Shown here piece by piece: positions 8,470-16,861 of a stretch of 55,132 nucleotides of DNA (positions are counted from its first letter, which is position 1; each line of letters begins with the position of its first letter). Made by a program: the position numbers and the translations under genes. The notes under the pieces were generated by a model. The model ran no database searches, was not told where the DNA came from, and was given only the letters and a program-made list of their open reading frames with translations. This DNA comes from a virus (taxonomy: Duplodnaviria; Caudoviricetes): positions 1 through 55,132 of the IMG/VR virus record IMGVR_UViG_3300025971_000014. The stretch is one strand, 5' to 3'.

Positions 8470-8730
8470 ATGAAACCGACACCGAGAACGGATGCGGCAT
8501 TCCAGCGTGCTGATACTGGCTTGGGCTTGAACCAAACTGAGCGCAGAGTTATTAGTCTTGAACTGCTCGCCCGCACCCTTGAGCGCGAAAACGCGGAACT
8601 GCTCGCCGCCCTCCAAAATATGTTACCGATGTTTGATGCCGCTAGGGAACATTTCACAATGTTGGCATTTGAGAACGCCAGCAACAAGGCCCATGCCGCC
8701 ATCGCCAAGGCTACGAGAGAGCAATCATGA
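8470..8730 (+). CDS. Hypothetical phage protein
   Basis: GGAGG RBS; TPRTDA..ARTLERE and ELLAALQ..AAIAKAT segments typical of small phage early proteins. Confidence 0.75.
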   Translation: MKPTPRTDAAFQRADTGLGLNQTERRVISLELLARTLERENAELLAALQNMLPMFDAAREHFTMLAFENASNKAHAAIAKATREQS

Positions 8731-8978
8731 CGCAACGCTTGTGCAAGGACTGCCGTCACGCCATCAAGGACGACAAGCCGATCTGGTGGCAGTGCGCTTT
8801 GACTCGCCAGGTATCACCCGTAGACGGCACGGTATCGCACATGGTCTGTTCGGTGACGCGGGTGACGCCTTCGCAATGTGGGCCGGATGGTGTCTGGTTC
8901 TCGCCCCATCCCGACGCCGTAGATCAGGAGCCGCCCGATCAATACAACCGCCTGATCGACATGGAGGAGCAGCTGTGA
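8727..8978 (+). CDS. Cys-rich hypothetical protein
   Basis: CKDCRH..C..C..CGPDG; coupled start. Confidence 0.7.
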   Translation: MTQRLCKDCRHAIKDDKPIWWQCALTRQVSPVDGTVSHMVCSVTRVTPSQCGPDGVWFSPHPDAVDQEPPDQYNRLIDMEEQL

Positions 8979-9162
8979 CAACCGGCTACCGTCGCGCTCC
9001 CTGCGACTCGCTCGTGAAGCCCGAGGACTACCAGGCCCATCTCGACGACTGCCGCCTGTGCGCGGAGGGGCTGGAAGACACGAACGGGTGGCCGGATGAT
9101 TCGCGGCTCGATGAGCCTCGTAGGGGGCAGGCGACATCAATCAACCGAGAGAGGTATAAACC

Positions 9163-9906
9163 GTGAACACTCAACCGAAGCAGGAACTCGTATCCAAAGA
9201 CGCCCCGGAGCCGAAGGCGGCGCTCACCCCGATGGGCATGATCGCCCTCGCGGTCCAGCAGGGGGCGGACGTCGAGAGGCTCCAGAAGCTCCTCGAGCTC
9301 CAGGAGCGGTGGGAGGCGACCGAGGCGCGGAAGGCGTTCGTCGTCGCGCTGACCGCGTTTAAGGCCGCGCCGCCGACGGTCACGAAGAACCGGCACGTCG
9401 CCTTCGGGACGACGGCCTATGACCACGCCACGCTCGACCAGGTCTCGGCGGTGATCGGGAAGGCGCTCTCCGAGCACCACCTCTCCCACCGCTGGGAGGT
9501 CGAGCAGAAGCCGAACGAGATCACCGTGACCTGCGTCCTGACCCATGAGAAGGGGCACGCCGAGCGGGTCTCGCTCTCGGCGCCGGCGGATACCTCGGGG
9601 TCGAAGAACTCGATCCAGGCGATCGGTTCGACGGTCACTTATCTCCAGCGCTATTCGCTCCTCGCCGCCACCGGCCTGGCGACGAAGGGCCAGGACGACG
9701 ACGGGGTGGGGGGCGGTGGCGCGATGGCCGAGAGCCAGAGGCTCGACTTCGAGGCCGCGATCGACGCGCTCGCCGATACCGCGGGAGCGGAGGTGCTCTG
9801 GAAGAAGATCGCCGCGGCGTGCAAAGAATCCGGGGACCGCGAAGCTTACAACGCCCTCAAGGCGCGGATCGCCGCGAAGGGCAAAGCGCTGAAGGCGAAG
9901 AAATGA
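9163..9906 (+). CDS. erf: ERF-family single-strand annealing protein
   Basis: YDHATLD..H..GH..KNSIQAIGSTVTYLQRYSL..DDDG signature. Confidence 0.92.
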   Translation: MNTQPKQELVSKDAPEPKAALTPMGMIALAVQQGADVERLQKLLELQERWEATEARKAFVVALTAFKAAPPTVTKNRHVAFGTTAYDHATLDQVSAVIGKALSEHHLSHRWEVEQKPNEITVTCVLTHEKGHAERVSLSAPADTSGSKNSIQAIGSTVTYLQRYSLLAATGLATKGQDDDGVGGGGAMAESQRLDFEAAIDALADTAGAEVLWKKIAAACKESGDREAYNALKARIAAKGKALKAKK

Positions 9907-10517
9907 GCCTCCAACGCACCCCGGAGTGGCGCGCCGAGCGCGCGGGCTGCGCGACGGCCTCCGAGTTCTCGAACGTCCTCGCGAAGATCAAGAGCGGCGA
10001 GGCGGCGGTCCGGAGGAACTACCGGATGCAGCTCGTCACCGAGAGGCTTACGGGGAACCCAGTCGTCGGCTACGTCAACGCCGTGATGCTCCGAGGCATC
10101 GAGATGGAGCCCGAGGCGCGGATAGCATACGAAGCGGAGCGAGGCGCGATCGTCGAGGAGGTCGGCTTCGTTCGGCATCCTCGCATCGAGAACTGCGGGG
10201 CATCTCCGGATGGGTACGTGGGCGACGACGGTTTGGCCGAGTTCAAGTGTCCGGAGTCCACGACGCACCTTGCCTACCTCGAAGCCGCGCGCATTCCGCC
10301 GGAACACTTGCCTCAGCTCCAGGGCCAGCTCGCGGTCACCGGCCGGCGCTGGGTGGATTTCGTCTCTTACGACCCGCGCTTCCCGCCCGGGCTCCAGCTA
10401 TTCATCATCCGTGTGGAGCGCGACGAGGACTACATCAAGCTCCTCGAAGCCGAGGTCAAGACCTTCCTCGCCGAGGTCGACGCGATGGTCGAGCGGCTGA
10501 TGAAGAGGGCGGCGTGA
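9903..10517 (+). CDS. YqaJ/lambda-exonuclease family protein
   Basis: QRTPEW..RAG..TAS, GASPDG, EFKCP, QLQGQL, DFVSYDPR. Confidence 0.93.
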   Translation: MSLQRTPEWRAERAGCATASEFSNVLAKIKSGEAAVRRNYRMQLVTERLTGNPVVGYVNAVMLRGIEMEPEARIAYEAERGAIVEEVGFVRHPRIENCGASPDGYVGDDGLAEFKCPESTTHLAYLEAARIPPEHLPQLQGQLAVTGRRWVDFVSYDPRFPPGLQLFIIRVERDEDYIKLLEAEVKTFLAEVDAMVERLMKRAA

Positions 10518-10993
10518 CCACGATCTCGATCACCAAGGATGAGAAGGGGCACATCGTCGGCGTCGGCGAGAAGGGCAAGAAGGCGTACGCCGCGTTCAAG
10601 AAAAGAGTCGAGGGGCTCCAGCCTGGCGAGATCTATACGATCGAGGCGTGGTTCGACCGCAACCCGAAGCTCCACGGGCTGCACTTCATCCTGCTCGAGA
10701 CGGTATTCGACAACCAGGAGCAGTTCGCCGATCCGGAGCAGCTCCGGGCGTGGCTCCAGGTCGGGGCGGGACATTGCAAGTTCGTCCCCGGCCCTACGGG
10801 ACGGATGGTCGCGATCCCGGAGTCGATCGCGTGGCACCGCATGGATGACCAGGACTTCGCCGCGCACCATGAGAAGGTGAAGGACTTTCTCCGCACGGAG
10901 CACGCGAAGGCTTTCCTCTGGCCCCATCTCCCGGAGTCCGAACGTGACGCGATGATCGATACGATACTGAGCCAATTTGAAAAAGGAGAATGA
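10514..10993 (+). CDS. DUF1367/NinB-like recombination accessory protein
   Basis: RNPKLH..F..GAGH..P.SIAW..MD..F; GTG overlaps the exonuclease stop. Confidence 0.7.
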   Translation: MTTISITKDEKGHIVGVGEKGKKAYAAFKKRVEGLQPGEIYTIEAWFDRNPKLHGLHFILLETVFDNQEQFADPEQLRAWLQVGAGHCKFVPGPTGRMVAIPESIAWHRMDDQDFAAHHEKVKDFLRTEHAKAFLWPHLPESERDAMIDTILSQFEKGE

Positions 10994-11180
10994 CGTGACG
11001 ACGAGAATCTACCGCGTAGAAACGAACGTGACGCACGCCGAGATCCATTTGATCGAGGCGACGAGTCAGGCTGCAGCGTGGCGGGCGTTGGCAGAGCAAG
11101 CTGTCCAGGAGCCGACCATCGCCAGCGGGAAAGAGATCGCGACGCTCATGGCCCAGGGCGTCAAGGTCAAGACGGCGTAG
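10977..11180 (+). CDS. Hypothetical protein
   Basis: AGGAG RBS; compact ORF within the operon. Confidence 0.65.
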   Translation: MKKENDVTTRIYRVETNVTHAEIHLIEATSQAAAWRALAEQAVQEPTIASGKEIATLMAQGVKVKTA

Positions 11181-11376
11181 ATCAACGTGGCCGCCCGTCC
11201 GTCCTCTCCTTCCTTGGCTCTCCTGTCAGCGTCGCAGGGGGCGGGCGGCGCGGCCACACCTTAGTGGAGGAAGCGATGACTGAGGCACTCTTCGATTTCC
11301 TGTTCTGGTTCCTCCCGATGCTCTGGGGCCTGACAGGGCTTGCTATTCTCGCGGATTGGATTGAGGGCTGGCTGAA

Positions 11377-11571
11377 ATGAAACGATTATTCAAATTGCTA
11401 GAGTGGTGCGATTCTCTTTGGGAATGCGGAAGGCCGGGAGATGTTGGAACCGGGATGATCAAGATCTTAAAGGAGAAAATCCGTGAAGCGTATAAAGCGG
11501 GCCGTCAAGCAGCAGAACGAGAAGCAAGAATGCGATCACGCAGAAGCATTCAGCGTAAGCGTGTTTCATGA
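11377..11571 (+). CDS. Hypothetical protein
   Basis: Coupled start within the operon. Confidence 0.5.
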   Translation: MKRLFKLLEWCDSLWECGRPGDVGTGMIKILKEKIREAYKAGRQAAEREARMRSRRSIQRKRVS

Positions 11572-11676
11572 TTGCGCGACCAATACGGCGTATCTCATTC
11601 AAGATTGTCCCGACTGTGGGGCCGCAATCGAAATAGTCGGAACTTGCTTAAAGCATTTAGGCGAATGAGACGGCCC

Positions 11677-12195
11677 ATGAAACTTTGGCAACCACGCCAA
11701 CGAACCGAATGGACCTGGCGGCTGATCGTCCTGCCGCTCGTTGCTGGCGGCTTGGCGCTCCTCCTCTGGACGCGGTCAACGGAGTTATCATTCAATGTCG
11801 CAGCGCAGGACGGAACATTCTACAGCGGTCTAGACGCTGGTTCCCTGACGCATGTTGAGGCTGTGCAGACACGCTCAATATCAGAAAATCCTGCGTCTGC
11901 GGCACCCGAACAACAGAATACTCCCAGCGATGAGGCGGCAGTAGGCGCGTGGGCAAGTCCGCAGGACGCGAGGCGACATGGTGCCAAGCGGAGCGCGCCG
12001 AAGAGTGTTGAAGTGCCCGCCAGCGCGGAACGCCGCGCGTTGCAAACATCTGGAAGTCCAGGCGTGACAGGGCGGAGAGACGTCCATCTTTCTTCTACGC
12101 TACCCTCAATGATCGCCTTCCCCCACAAGACCTGCTGGATGGGCCTGGATGGGATGGAGGAATTCTGCTTCGAGCTGATGGAGGAAAGGCGATGA
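11677..12195 (+). CDS. Hypothetical protein with N-terminal TM helix
   Basis: Hydrophobic LIVLPLVAGGLALLLW; stop overlaps the next start. Confidence 0.5.
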   Translation: MKLWQPRQRTEWTWRLIVLPLVAGGLALLLWTRSTELSFNVAAQDGTFYSGLDAGSLTHVEAVQTRSISENPASAAPEQQNTPSDEAAVGAWASPQDARRHGAKRSAPKSVEVPASAERRALQTSGSPGVTGRRDVHLSSTLPSMIAFPHKTCWMGLDGMEEFCFELMEERR

Positions 12196-12857
12196 ACGAC
12201 GAGGGAATGAGGCTGCTAAGAGACGGAGTGCAGTTAATCCGGGAAGACCTTCACATGGGAAGTAGTGAGCGCACTTTAATGTGGATTCGGAGATGTGACG
12301 CTTTTTTTTCACGCCCCGAGCCTGCGCGTAGCGCACAGGAGGGGGAGACGCCGGAGACGGATGCAGTACTGATTAATGCCCCGGTATTTCAGGACAAGAA
12401 TCACGCCGATTGCTGGTCAATTGATAAGGATGATTGGGCACGGTTTGTTGATCATGCCCGCTCCCTCGAACGCCGACTGCTGGAGGCGGAGGCAAATCTG
12501 CAAATCGCAATCGCTCGAAATCAAGAGGAGATTGATGCCGACCGCGCAATGACGCGGGCACTAGCCTTGGGTGAAGCGCAGGAGGAAGTGAGGAAGCGGG
12601 CGATAGCATTGATATTGGAAGAATTAGAAAGTGCCACTCAGCTTTATCCGCGCTCTAATGCGTTTAAAAATGGGGAATACGATTCACGCTTTGGACAAGG
12701 TGCCGATGTGGTAGCTACATATAAAAACTATGAGGAGCGCGTCGAATATCTGCGCGGATATTCTCATGAAGGAAAGCGGGGATTCGCCATTGAACTGAAG
12801 CATAAACTCAACCGCTCCCTCGATCTCTCCAAGGTGGGCGGGGAGGAGGACAAATGA
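12192..12857 (+). CDS. Modular hypothetical protein (paralogue A)
   Basis: GAGG RBS; shares MNDEGMRLL, EPARSAQE.ETP and RRL.EAEA blocks with the next gene. Confidence 0.7.
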   Translation: MNDEGMRLLRDGVQLIREDLHMGSSERTLMWIRRCDAFFSRPEPARSAQEGETPETDAVLINAPVFQDKNHADCWSIDKDDWARFVDHARSLERRLLEAEANLQIAIARNQEEIDADRAMTRALALGEAQEEVRKRAIALILEELESATQLYPRSNAFKNGEYDSRFGQGADVVATYKNYEERVEYLRGYSHEGKRGFAIELKHKLNRSLDLSKVGGEEDK

Positions 12858-13348
12858 ACGACGAGGGAATGAGGCTGCTGCACAAGATCGAAGCGATGTT
12901 AGATCAGTTGATCGAACACGACGATCTGTCGGTGCGAGAGTGGTGCGCCGAATTGAGGCAAGTAGTTCAGCAATTGCATCGGCGCTCCTCCCACCGCGAG
13001 CCTGCGCGTAGCGCACAGGAGTGGGAGACGCCTATCGAAGACATTCCGTTTCTTCTCGAAAGTGAAGCAGATTTATGCGGTGAAGGCCACGAGCCTTTGT
13101 CCTATCTACTGAGACTGGCCGCGCGCCGACTGCGGGAGGCGGAGGCTGAATTGAAGGCATTTGACCCTGATCCAGTGGTGTGTGGTTGTCGTGAAGCGAT
13201 CTGTCCACATACACCGATAGCGAAACTCCCGAGGCAGGCGCTCGTGGATCACTACAAAAAGCTTTTGGCTCTGGAGAAGAAATCCACCGCTGATGCGGAA
13301 GCCGCCCTCCGCTCCTCGCGGGCGGGGGCACATGAGGAATCAAAATGA
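12854..13348 (+). CDS. Modular hypothetical protein (paralogue B)
   Basis: GGAGG RBS; same three blocks with unrelated sequence between them. Confidence 0.7.
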   Translation: MNDEGMRLLHKIEAMLDQLIEHDDLSVREWCAELRQVVQQLHRRSSHREPARSAQEWETPIEDIPFLLESEADLCGEGHEPLSYLLRLAARRLREAEAELKAFDPDPVVCGCREAICPHTPIAKLPRQALVDHYKKLLALEKKSTADAEAALRSSRAGAHEESK

Positions 13349-13518
13349 AACCATTGACTTGTCGAGAAGCGTTACAGCTACTTTTGGATCAAGTAGATTT
13401 CAGAAACGGTGCCTGTTCTCCAACAGAGATGGTAGGTGCCCTTATTCCAGAGGCCGTTTTTGAACGATGCGATGAAACCCTTACGGCCTCGCGGGCGGGG
13501 GAGGAGGGGAAATCGTGA
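13345..13518 (+). CDS. 57-aa hypothetical protein (below the ORF-track cutoff)
   Basis: GAGG RBS and ATGA coupling; ends SRAGEEGKS like its upstream neighbours. Confidence 0.6.
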   Translation: MKPLTCREALQLLLDQVDFRNGACSPTEMVGALIPEAVFERCDETLTASRAGEEGKS

Positions 13519-13593
13519 AGCCCGAGGGCGACGAAGGCGAAGACGCGCTGTGGTTGGGCGTTGCCTGCTTGGTGCTATGGGGCCTGCTCGCCT

Positions 13594-13848
13594 TTACCTG
13601 ACGCAAGCCTCAAGCAGCGCGTCGGCCTTCTCGATCCACGTCCGCTGGTTCAGCTGATCGAGCCGCAACGCAATCACGAAATCGAAGTCCGAAAGGCGGG
13701 CGAGGGCGCTGTCCTCGAGGAAGTCCTTCGGCGGCAGGTCTCCCCTCGAGATGCAGGGCACCGGGACGGGTATCCGGACCTCCTTCGGGGCGGGGGGCAG
13801 GGAGCCATTGCAGCCGGCAAGGAGCAGGAGGAGGGGGAGGTATCTCAT
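13594..13848 (-). CDS. o-spanin lipoprotein (Rz1-like)
   Basis: Lipobox LLLLAGC, Pro-rich body, ends LEACVR; follows the i-spanin. Confidence 0.85.
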   Translation of the reverse strand: MRYLPLLLLLAGCNGSLPPAPKEVRIPVPVPCISRGDLPPKDFLEDSALARLSDFDFVIALRLDQLNQRTWIEKADALLEACVR

Positions 13849-14213
13849 CGGATGCCCTCCCGGACCCTTTGGACGGCCTGCCCAGCTGGGCAAGGGGCTC
13901 CCACGGCTGGCTTGGCGGCCTTGAGGCGCGCCGCTTCGCTCCGGGCCTTAGCCTCCCCTTTCCGGGCAGCCTCCAACGCCTTGGCGGCCCGTTTCTGCCT
14001 ATCCTCAGCCGCCCTTTCGAGATCCTTCACGGCCTCATTCTGCCGGGCTATCTGCTCGTTCAGGACCGCATTTGCCCCCCGGCAAGCCTCGAACTCAGCC
14101 TTGACCGCCCGGAGCTTGTAGCCCTGGATGGTGAGGGCGACGGTCAGGGCGCCGACCACCGCGGCAGCGCCGATTGCCCCGTAGAGCGCGCCGCCGGCGA
14201 GGAAGCCCTTCAT
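13845..14213 (-). CDS. i-spanin (Rz-like)
   Basis: N-terminal TM helix, Ala-rich coiled coil and C-terminal Cys; follows the endolysin. Confidence 0.82.
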   Translation of the reverse strand: MKGFLAGGALYGAIGAAAVVGALTVALTIQGYKLRAVKAEFEACRGANAVLNEQIARQNEAVKDLERAAEDRQKRAAKALEAARKGEAKARSEAARLKAAKPAVGAPCPAGQAVQRVREGIR

Positions 14214-14704
14214 CCTAGACCCTGGCGCGTCCCGCCGCCGTCGATGGTGAGGACCTGCATCCGCATGATCGGGTTGAACGAGGTATGCGCCCATGAGCTG
14301 AACTCCAGTATGAGTTGATCGTATCGAATCTCCGAATCCCGGACCGCCCGCGCGCACTCCGCCGGCGGTCCAAACCCGGGGCAAACCCAGTCCGCGGCGT
14401 AGCCCTGCGGGTGATCCTTCGTCGCGAAGTACTCCGCCCACGCCGCTTCGTCGGGTGCCTTCCCGCGCGCCGCGGCCCAGGCGCGAAAGGACTTCTCGGT
14501 CAGTATGCGCTCGAGCGCCTCGCAGCGGTAGCCGGATTGGACGTGCATCGGCTGGCCGAGGATGCGGCGGACACCCTCGAGGCCGTAAGCAAGGGCTCGC
14601 AGGTGCTCTACGACCTCCGGCGGCGGGCTATTCTCGATCCCATTACGCAGTGCGAGCTCCGAGCGCGTGAGCTCCTCGAGCGAGAAGTGCGGGCTGAGCA
14701 TCAT
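14210..14704 (-). CDS. Endolysin, peptidase M15A-like
   Basis: LSPHFSLEELTRS, SGYRC, H..G.AAD, DQLILEF..WAH zinc-peptidase motifs. Confidence 0.88.
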   Translation of the reverse strand: MMLSPHFSLEELTRSELALRNGIENSPPPEVVEHLRALAYGLEGVRRILGQPMHVQSGYRCEALERILTEKSFRAWAAARGKAPDEAAWAEYFATKDHPQGYAADWVCPGFGPPAECARAVRDSEIRYDQLILEFSSWAHTSFNPIMRMQVLTIDGGGTRQGLG

Positions 14705-14889
14705 AACTTGCACCACGCCGCTATGCCCTGCGGCAGCCAGCCCGTCGTCATCTCGCGGTAGTTGGAGACCACGGCTACCGCGGCGCGCTCGCAACTCGCA
14801 AGGTCGGGGAATGGATACTCATGACGCTCCTTTCCGTATTCACCGCTTGGCGCGCTCCAGAACAGCACGACGATGAGCATGGCCTTCAT
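14701..14889 (-). CDS. Small secreted/membrane hypothetical protein
   Basis: Hydrophobic N-terminus, F..LASCERA..AWC; stop overlaps the endolysin start. Confidence 0.55.
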   Translation of the reverse strand: MKAMLIVVLFWSAPSGEYGKERHEYPFPDLASCERAAVAVVSNYREMTTGWLPQGIAAWCKL

Positions 14890-14909
14890 GGTTAGATTAT
14901 AATGTCATC

Positions 14910-15042
14910 GGTTGCTGCGGCGTGGAAGGCGACACGCGAGGTAACTGGCCGTGTATAGACCTTGGGTAAGCCCCCATTGCGGTTTCGACTGCGATGAAAC
15001 GGATACGGACCCGATGCCGGAGTAGCGCCCGGCCAGCAACCA
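14910..15042 (+). ncRNA. tRNA-like structured RNA with expanded central region
   Basis: GGTTGCTG/CAGCAACC 8-bp acceptor-like stem, GCGTG/CACGC D-like arm, GCCGG/CCGGC T-like arm, UUCG hairpin; TATAAT 6 nt upstream. Confidence 0.65.
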
Positions 15043-15070
15043 TCAATTCCATCAGAGGGGACTTATATAT

Positions 15071-15113
15071 TTCACTTCCCACGCCACTTAGACGTGGGAA
15101 GTGAATTCTTGTT
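15071..15113 (+). terminator. 13-bp perfect hairpin, likely terminator of the plus-strand RNA (possibly bidirectional)
   Basis: TTCACTTCCCACG-N9-CGTGGGAAGTGAA followed by TTCTTGTT. Confidence 0.6.
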
Positions 15114-15116
15114 ACG

Positions 15117-15254
15117 TTATCCATCCTTTTCTGTTTGCTTCAATACTTGCAACGCATGAGCCGCATTGAGCGCTGCTTGTGCGAAATGCATTGCATTGTG
15201 CGCCTCCCCTGCCTGCGCGGCCTTTTCCAGCAACTTTTTCACATTCTCGTCCAT
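15117..15254 (-). CDS. 45-aa helical protein (below the ORF-track cutoff)
   Basis: AGGAG RBS; MDENVKKLLEKAAQAGEAHNAMHFAQAALNAAHALQVLKQTEKDG. Confidence 0.65.
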   Translation of the reverse strand: MDENVKKLLEKAAQAGEAHNAMHFAQAALNAAHALQVLKQTEKDG

Positions 15255-15321
15255 AGGGTTTTAGCTCCTAATTGTTCCAGCGAATAGCCGCACGCTGGAT
15301 TCGCGGTAATAGTTTCCTCCA

Positions 15322-15744
15322 TCAGAACGGTATCGCGCAGCCGATGTAGCTCTTCGCCACCAGCAGCTTGCAGCTCCCGTAGGTGCCGAGCATCGCTCCC
15401 CCGACCCCGTACCAGATGTTGCTCATCTTCGGGTCGGAGTGCAGCGACTCGATCGCGACGACGCCGGCCACGGTAGCGCCGAAGCCCCAGAGGTAGCCGT
15501 ACTCCTGGTTCCGCAGGACGTTGGTAGCGATGCCCGAGGCGAGGAGACCTCCTACGAGGTTCTCCGTCTTGCGGTTTTCAGACGGTGACGACGCGGGTTG
15601 CGGAACGGTGACGACCGGCGGCTTGGGCTTCGGCTTGTAGTCATCGTCGTCATTCGCACGGGCAGCGAAGGGCATGATGCCCATTGCGAGCCAGACGAGA
15701 AAGACAACGGTGACGACTGCGATGCGGCAGGCGGATTCGATCAT
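15322..15744 (-). CDS. Exported/membrane hypothetical protein
   Basis: AGGAG RBS before ATG 15744; signal-like N-terminus, Pro-rich linker, hydrophobic C-terminal helices. Confidence 0.65.
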   Translation of the reverse strand: MIESACRIAVVTVVFLVWLAMGIMPFAARANDDDDYKPKPKPPVVTVPQPASSPSENRKTENLVGGLLASGIATNVLRNQEYGYLWGFGATVAGVVAIESLHSDPKMSNIWYGVGGAMLGTYGSCKLLVAKSYIGCAIPF

Positions 15745-16001
15745 GGCGTGGCTCCTGGTTGTGGTGTCGGATTGCGGGCTGAGTTGTAAAAGGCGATGCA
15801 GGCTCCCTGAAGAGCAGTGAGCGGCGCCCAAATCGCAGCAATGATTGCGGCTACGTCCACGCCCGTTCTGGGGCTGTTGGTGGCGAATTCGAACGTCCAG
15901 AAGAACGCCTGTGTCGTCATCCAGATCACCCACAGGAGCACAGCGCGGCGGATGACGACGCGGGTGTCGATGAAGTCCCAGAAGGCGGTCCAAGCGCTCA
16001 T
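15741..16001 (-). CDS. Putative holin, two TM helices
   Basis: 86 aa with two hydrophobic helices upstream of the endolysin. Confidence 0.6.
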   Translation of the reverse strand: MSAWTAFWDFIDTRVVIRRAVLLWVIWMTTQAFFWTFEFATNSPRTGVDVAAIIAAIWAPLTALQGACIAFYNSARNPTPQPGATP

Positions 16002-16372
16002 TTCCCGTCCCTCATCTTCTTGGCGATCTCGATCTGCTTCTCGATGTCCGCGAGGTCGCGCTTCTCCCGCTCGCTCAACTTGTTCTGGCGGATCAGCCGG
16101 TCGGGCTGGATGGTCAACTGCTCGATGCGTCCATCGTAGAGAGCCTTCACACGCACTTCGTTGCCAGCGATCTTCATCTCCTGTGCCTCGTGGAGCTTCA
16201 TAGCTTCAGGCTTGAGGATGATGAGGTCGCGCGCATTCAGAACGCCTTCTCCGAAATACCAGACGGCGGCCAGCGCCGCGATAGCCGTGGTGATCATCTT
16301 CCAATGTCCTATGATGAATTGAACGAGGGCGACGACACCCTCGGGGGCGTCGGGTTTGGGCTTGCGCTTCAT
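15998..16372 (-). CDS. Single-TM coiled-coil protein (lysis-region accessory)
   Basis: TM helix then charged helix; coupled start. Confidence 0.6.
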   Translation of the reverse strand: MKRKPKPDAPEGVVALVQFIIGHWKMITTAIAALAAVWYFGEGVLNARDLIILKPEAMKLHEAQEMKIAGNEVRVKALYDGRIEQLTIQPDRLIRQNKLSEREKRDLADIEKQIEIAKKMRDGK

Positions 16373-16776
16373 TTATGGTCGCTCCGGTAAACTACCTGCT
16401 CCAAAGCTCTCAACCGCTCGCGCACGTCGTTCTGAAGCTCCATTATTCGAGCAACCTGCGACTGGATACGCACACGCTCGTCGCTCATCGCGTTCATCTT
16501 GTCATTCACCAGCCACGAAATTAAGGCGAACGCCACCGACAGTGCAACGGCCCAGGTGACATAGAAGCGCCCGTTGCGCTTTTGGCTGAAGACGACCTTC
16601 TTGAGCGATTCCTCATCGATCTGCAATCGGTCGGCCAGATGCACCATAAAGGCGTCGACCTGCTTGCGGGCGAGCTCATCGTTGGATTCCTCGCTCACGA
16701 AAGCCTTCCCGCGATGTAGGCCGCCAGATGTGTGAGAAATAGGACCACCGCGACTATAACAGCCGTCCGCCTCCAA
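16369..16776 (-). CDS. Single-TM coiled-coil protein (start uncertain)
   Basis: Central TM FYVTWAVALSVAFALISWLV; C-terminal RLRALE coil. Confidence 0.55.
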   Translation of the reverse strand: MEADGCYSRGGPISHTSGGLHRGKAFVSEESNDELARKQVDAFMVHLADRLQIDEESLKKVVFSQKRNGRFYVTWAVALSVAFALISWLVNDKMNAMSDERVRIQSQVARIMELQNDVRERLRALEQVVYRSDHK

Positions 16777-16861
16777 GCGATGACCTTCTGGAGCAGATCA
16801 TCGGTGATGAGTTCTGCGCGTTCCTCAAACTTTCGAAGTTTCTCGCCCATGATCGAATTCC

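Larger units (their letters stand above)
12192..13501 (+). repeat. Interspersed short direct repeats in tandem genes
   Basis: 26/26 nt (12192-12217 vs 12854-12879), 35/36 nt (12317-12352 vs 12997-13032), 22/23 nt (12471-12493 vs 13124-13146), 15/15 nt (13314-13328 vs 13487-13501). Confidence 0.9.

Noticed and set aside
9926-10513. N-terminal 196 aa of the 355-aa ORF as a second overlapping gene
   Set aside because: Arg/Gly-rich shadow of the GC-rich exonuclease frame; the real gene starts at GTG 10514.
12192-13501. CRISPR-like array
   Set aside because: The repeats are different sequences, each present twice, in-frame within genes and irregularly spaced; no cas genes.
14910-15042. Canonical tRNA or tmRNA gene
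   Set aside because: Lacks a TTC T-loop and a standard anticodon arm; too short for tmRNA and no tag ORF seen.
14897-15124. 75-aa minus-strand ORF
   Set aside because: No recognisable protein features; it spans a perfect hairpin and the tRNA-like fold, which explain the sequence better.
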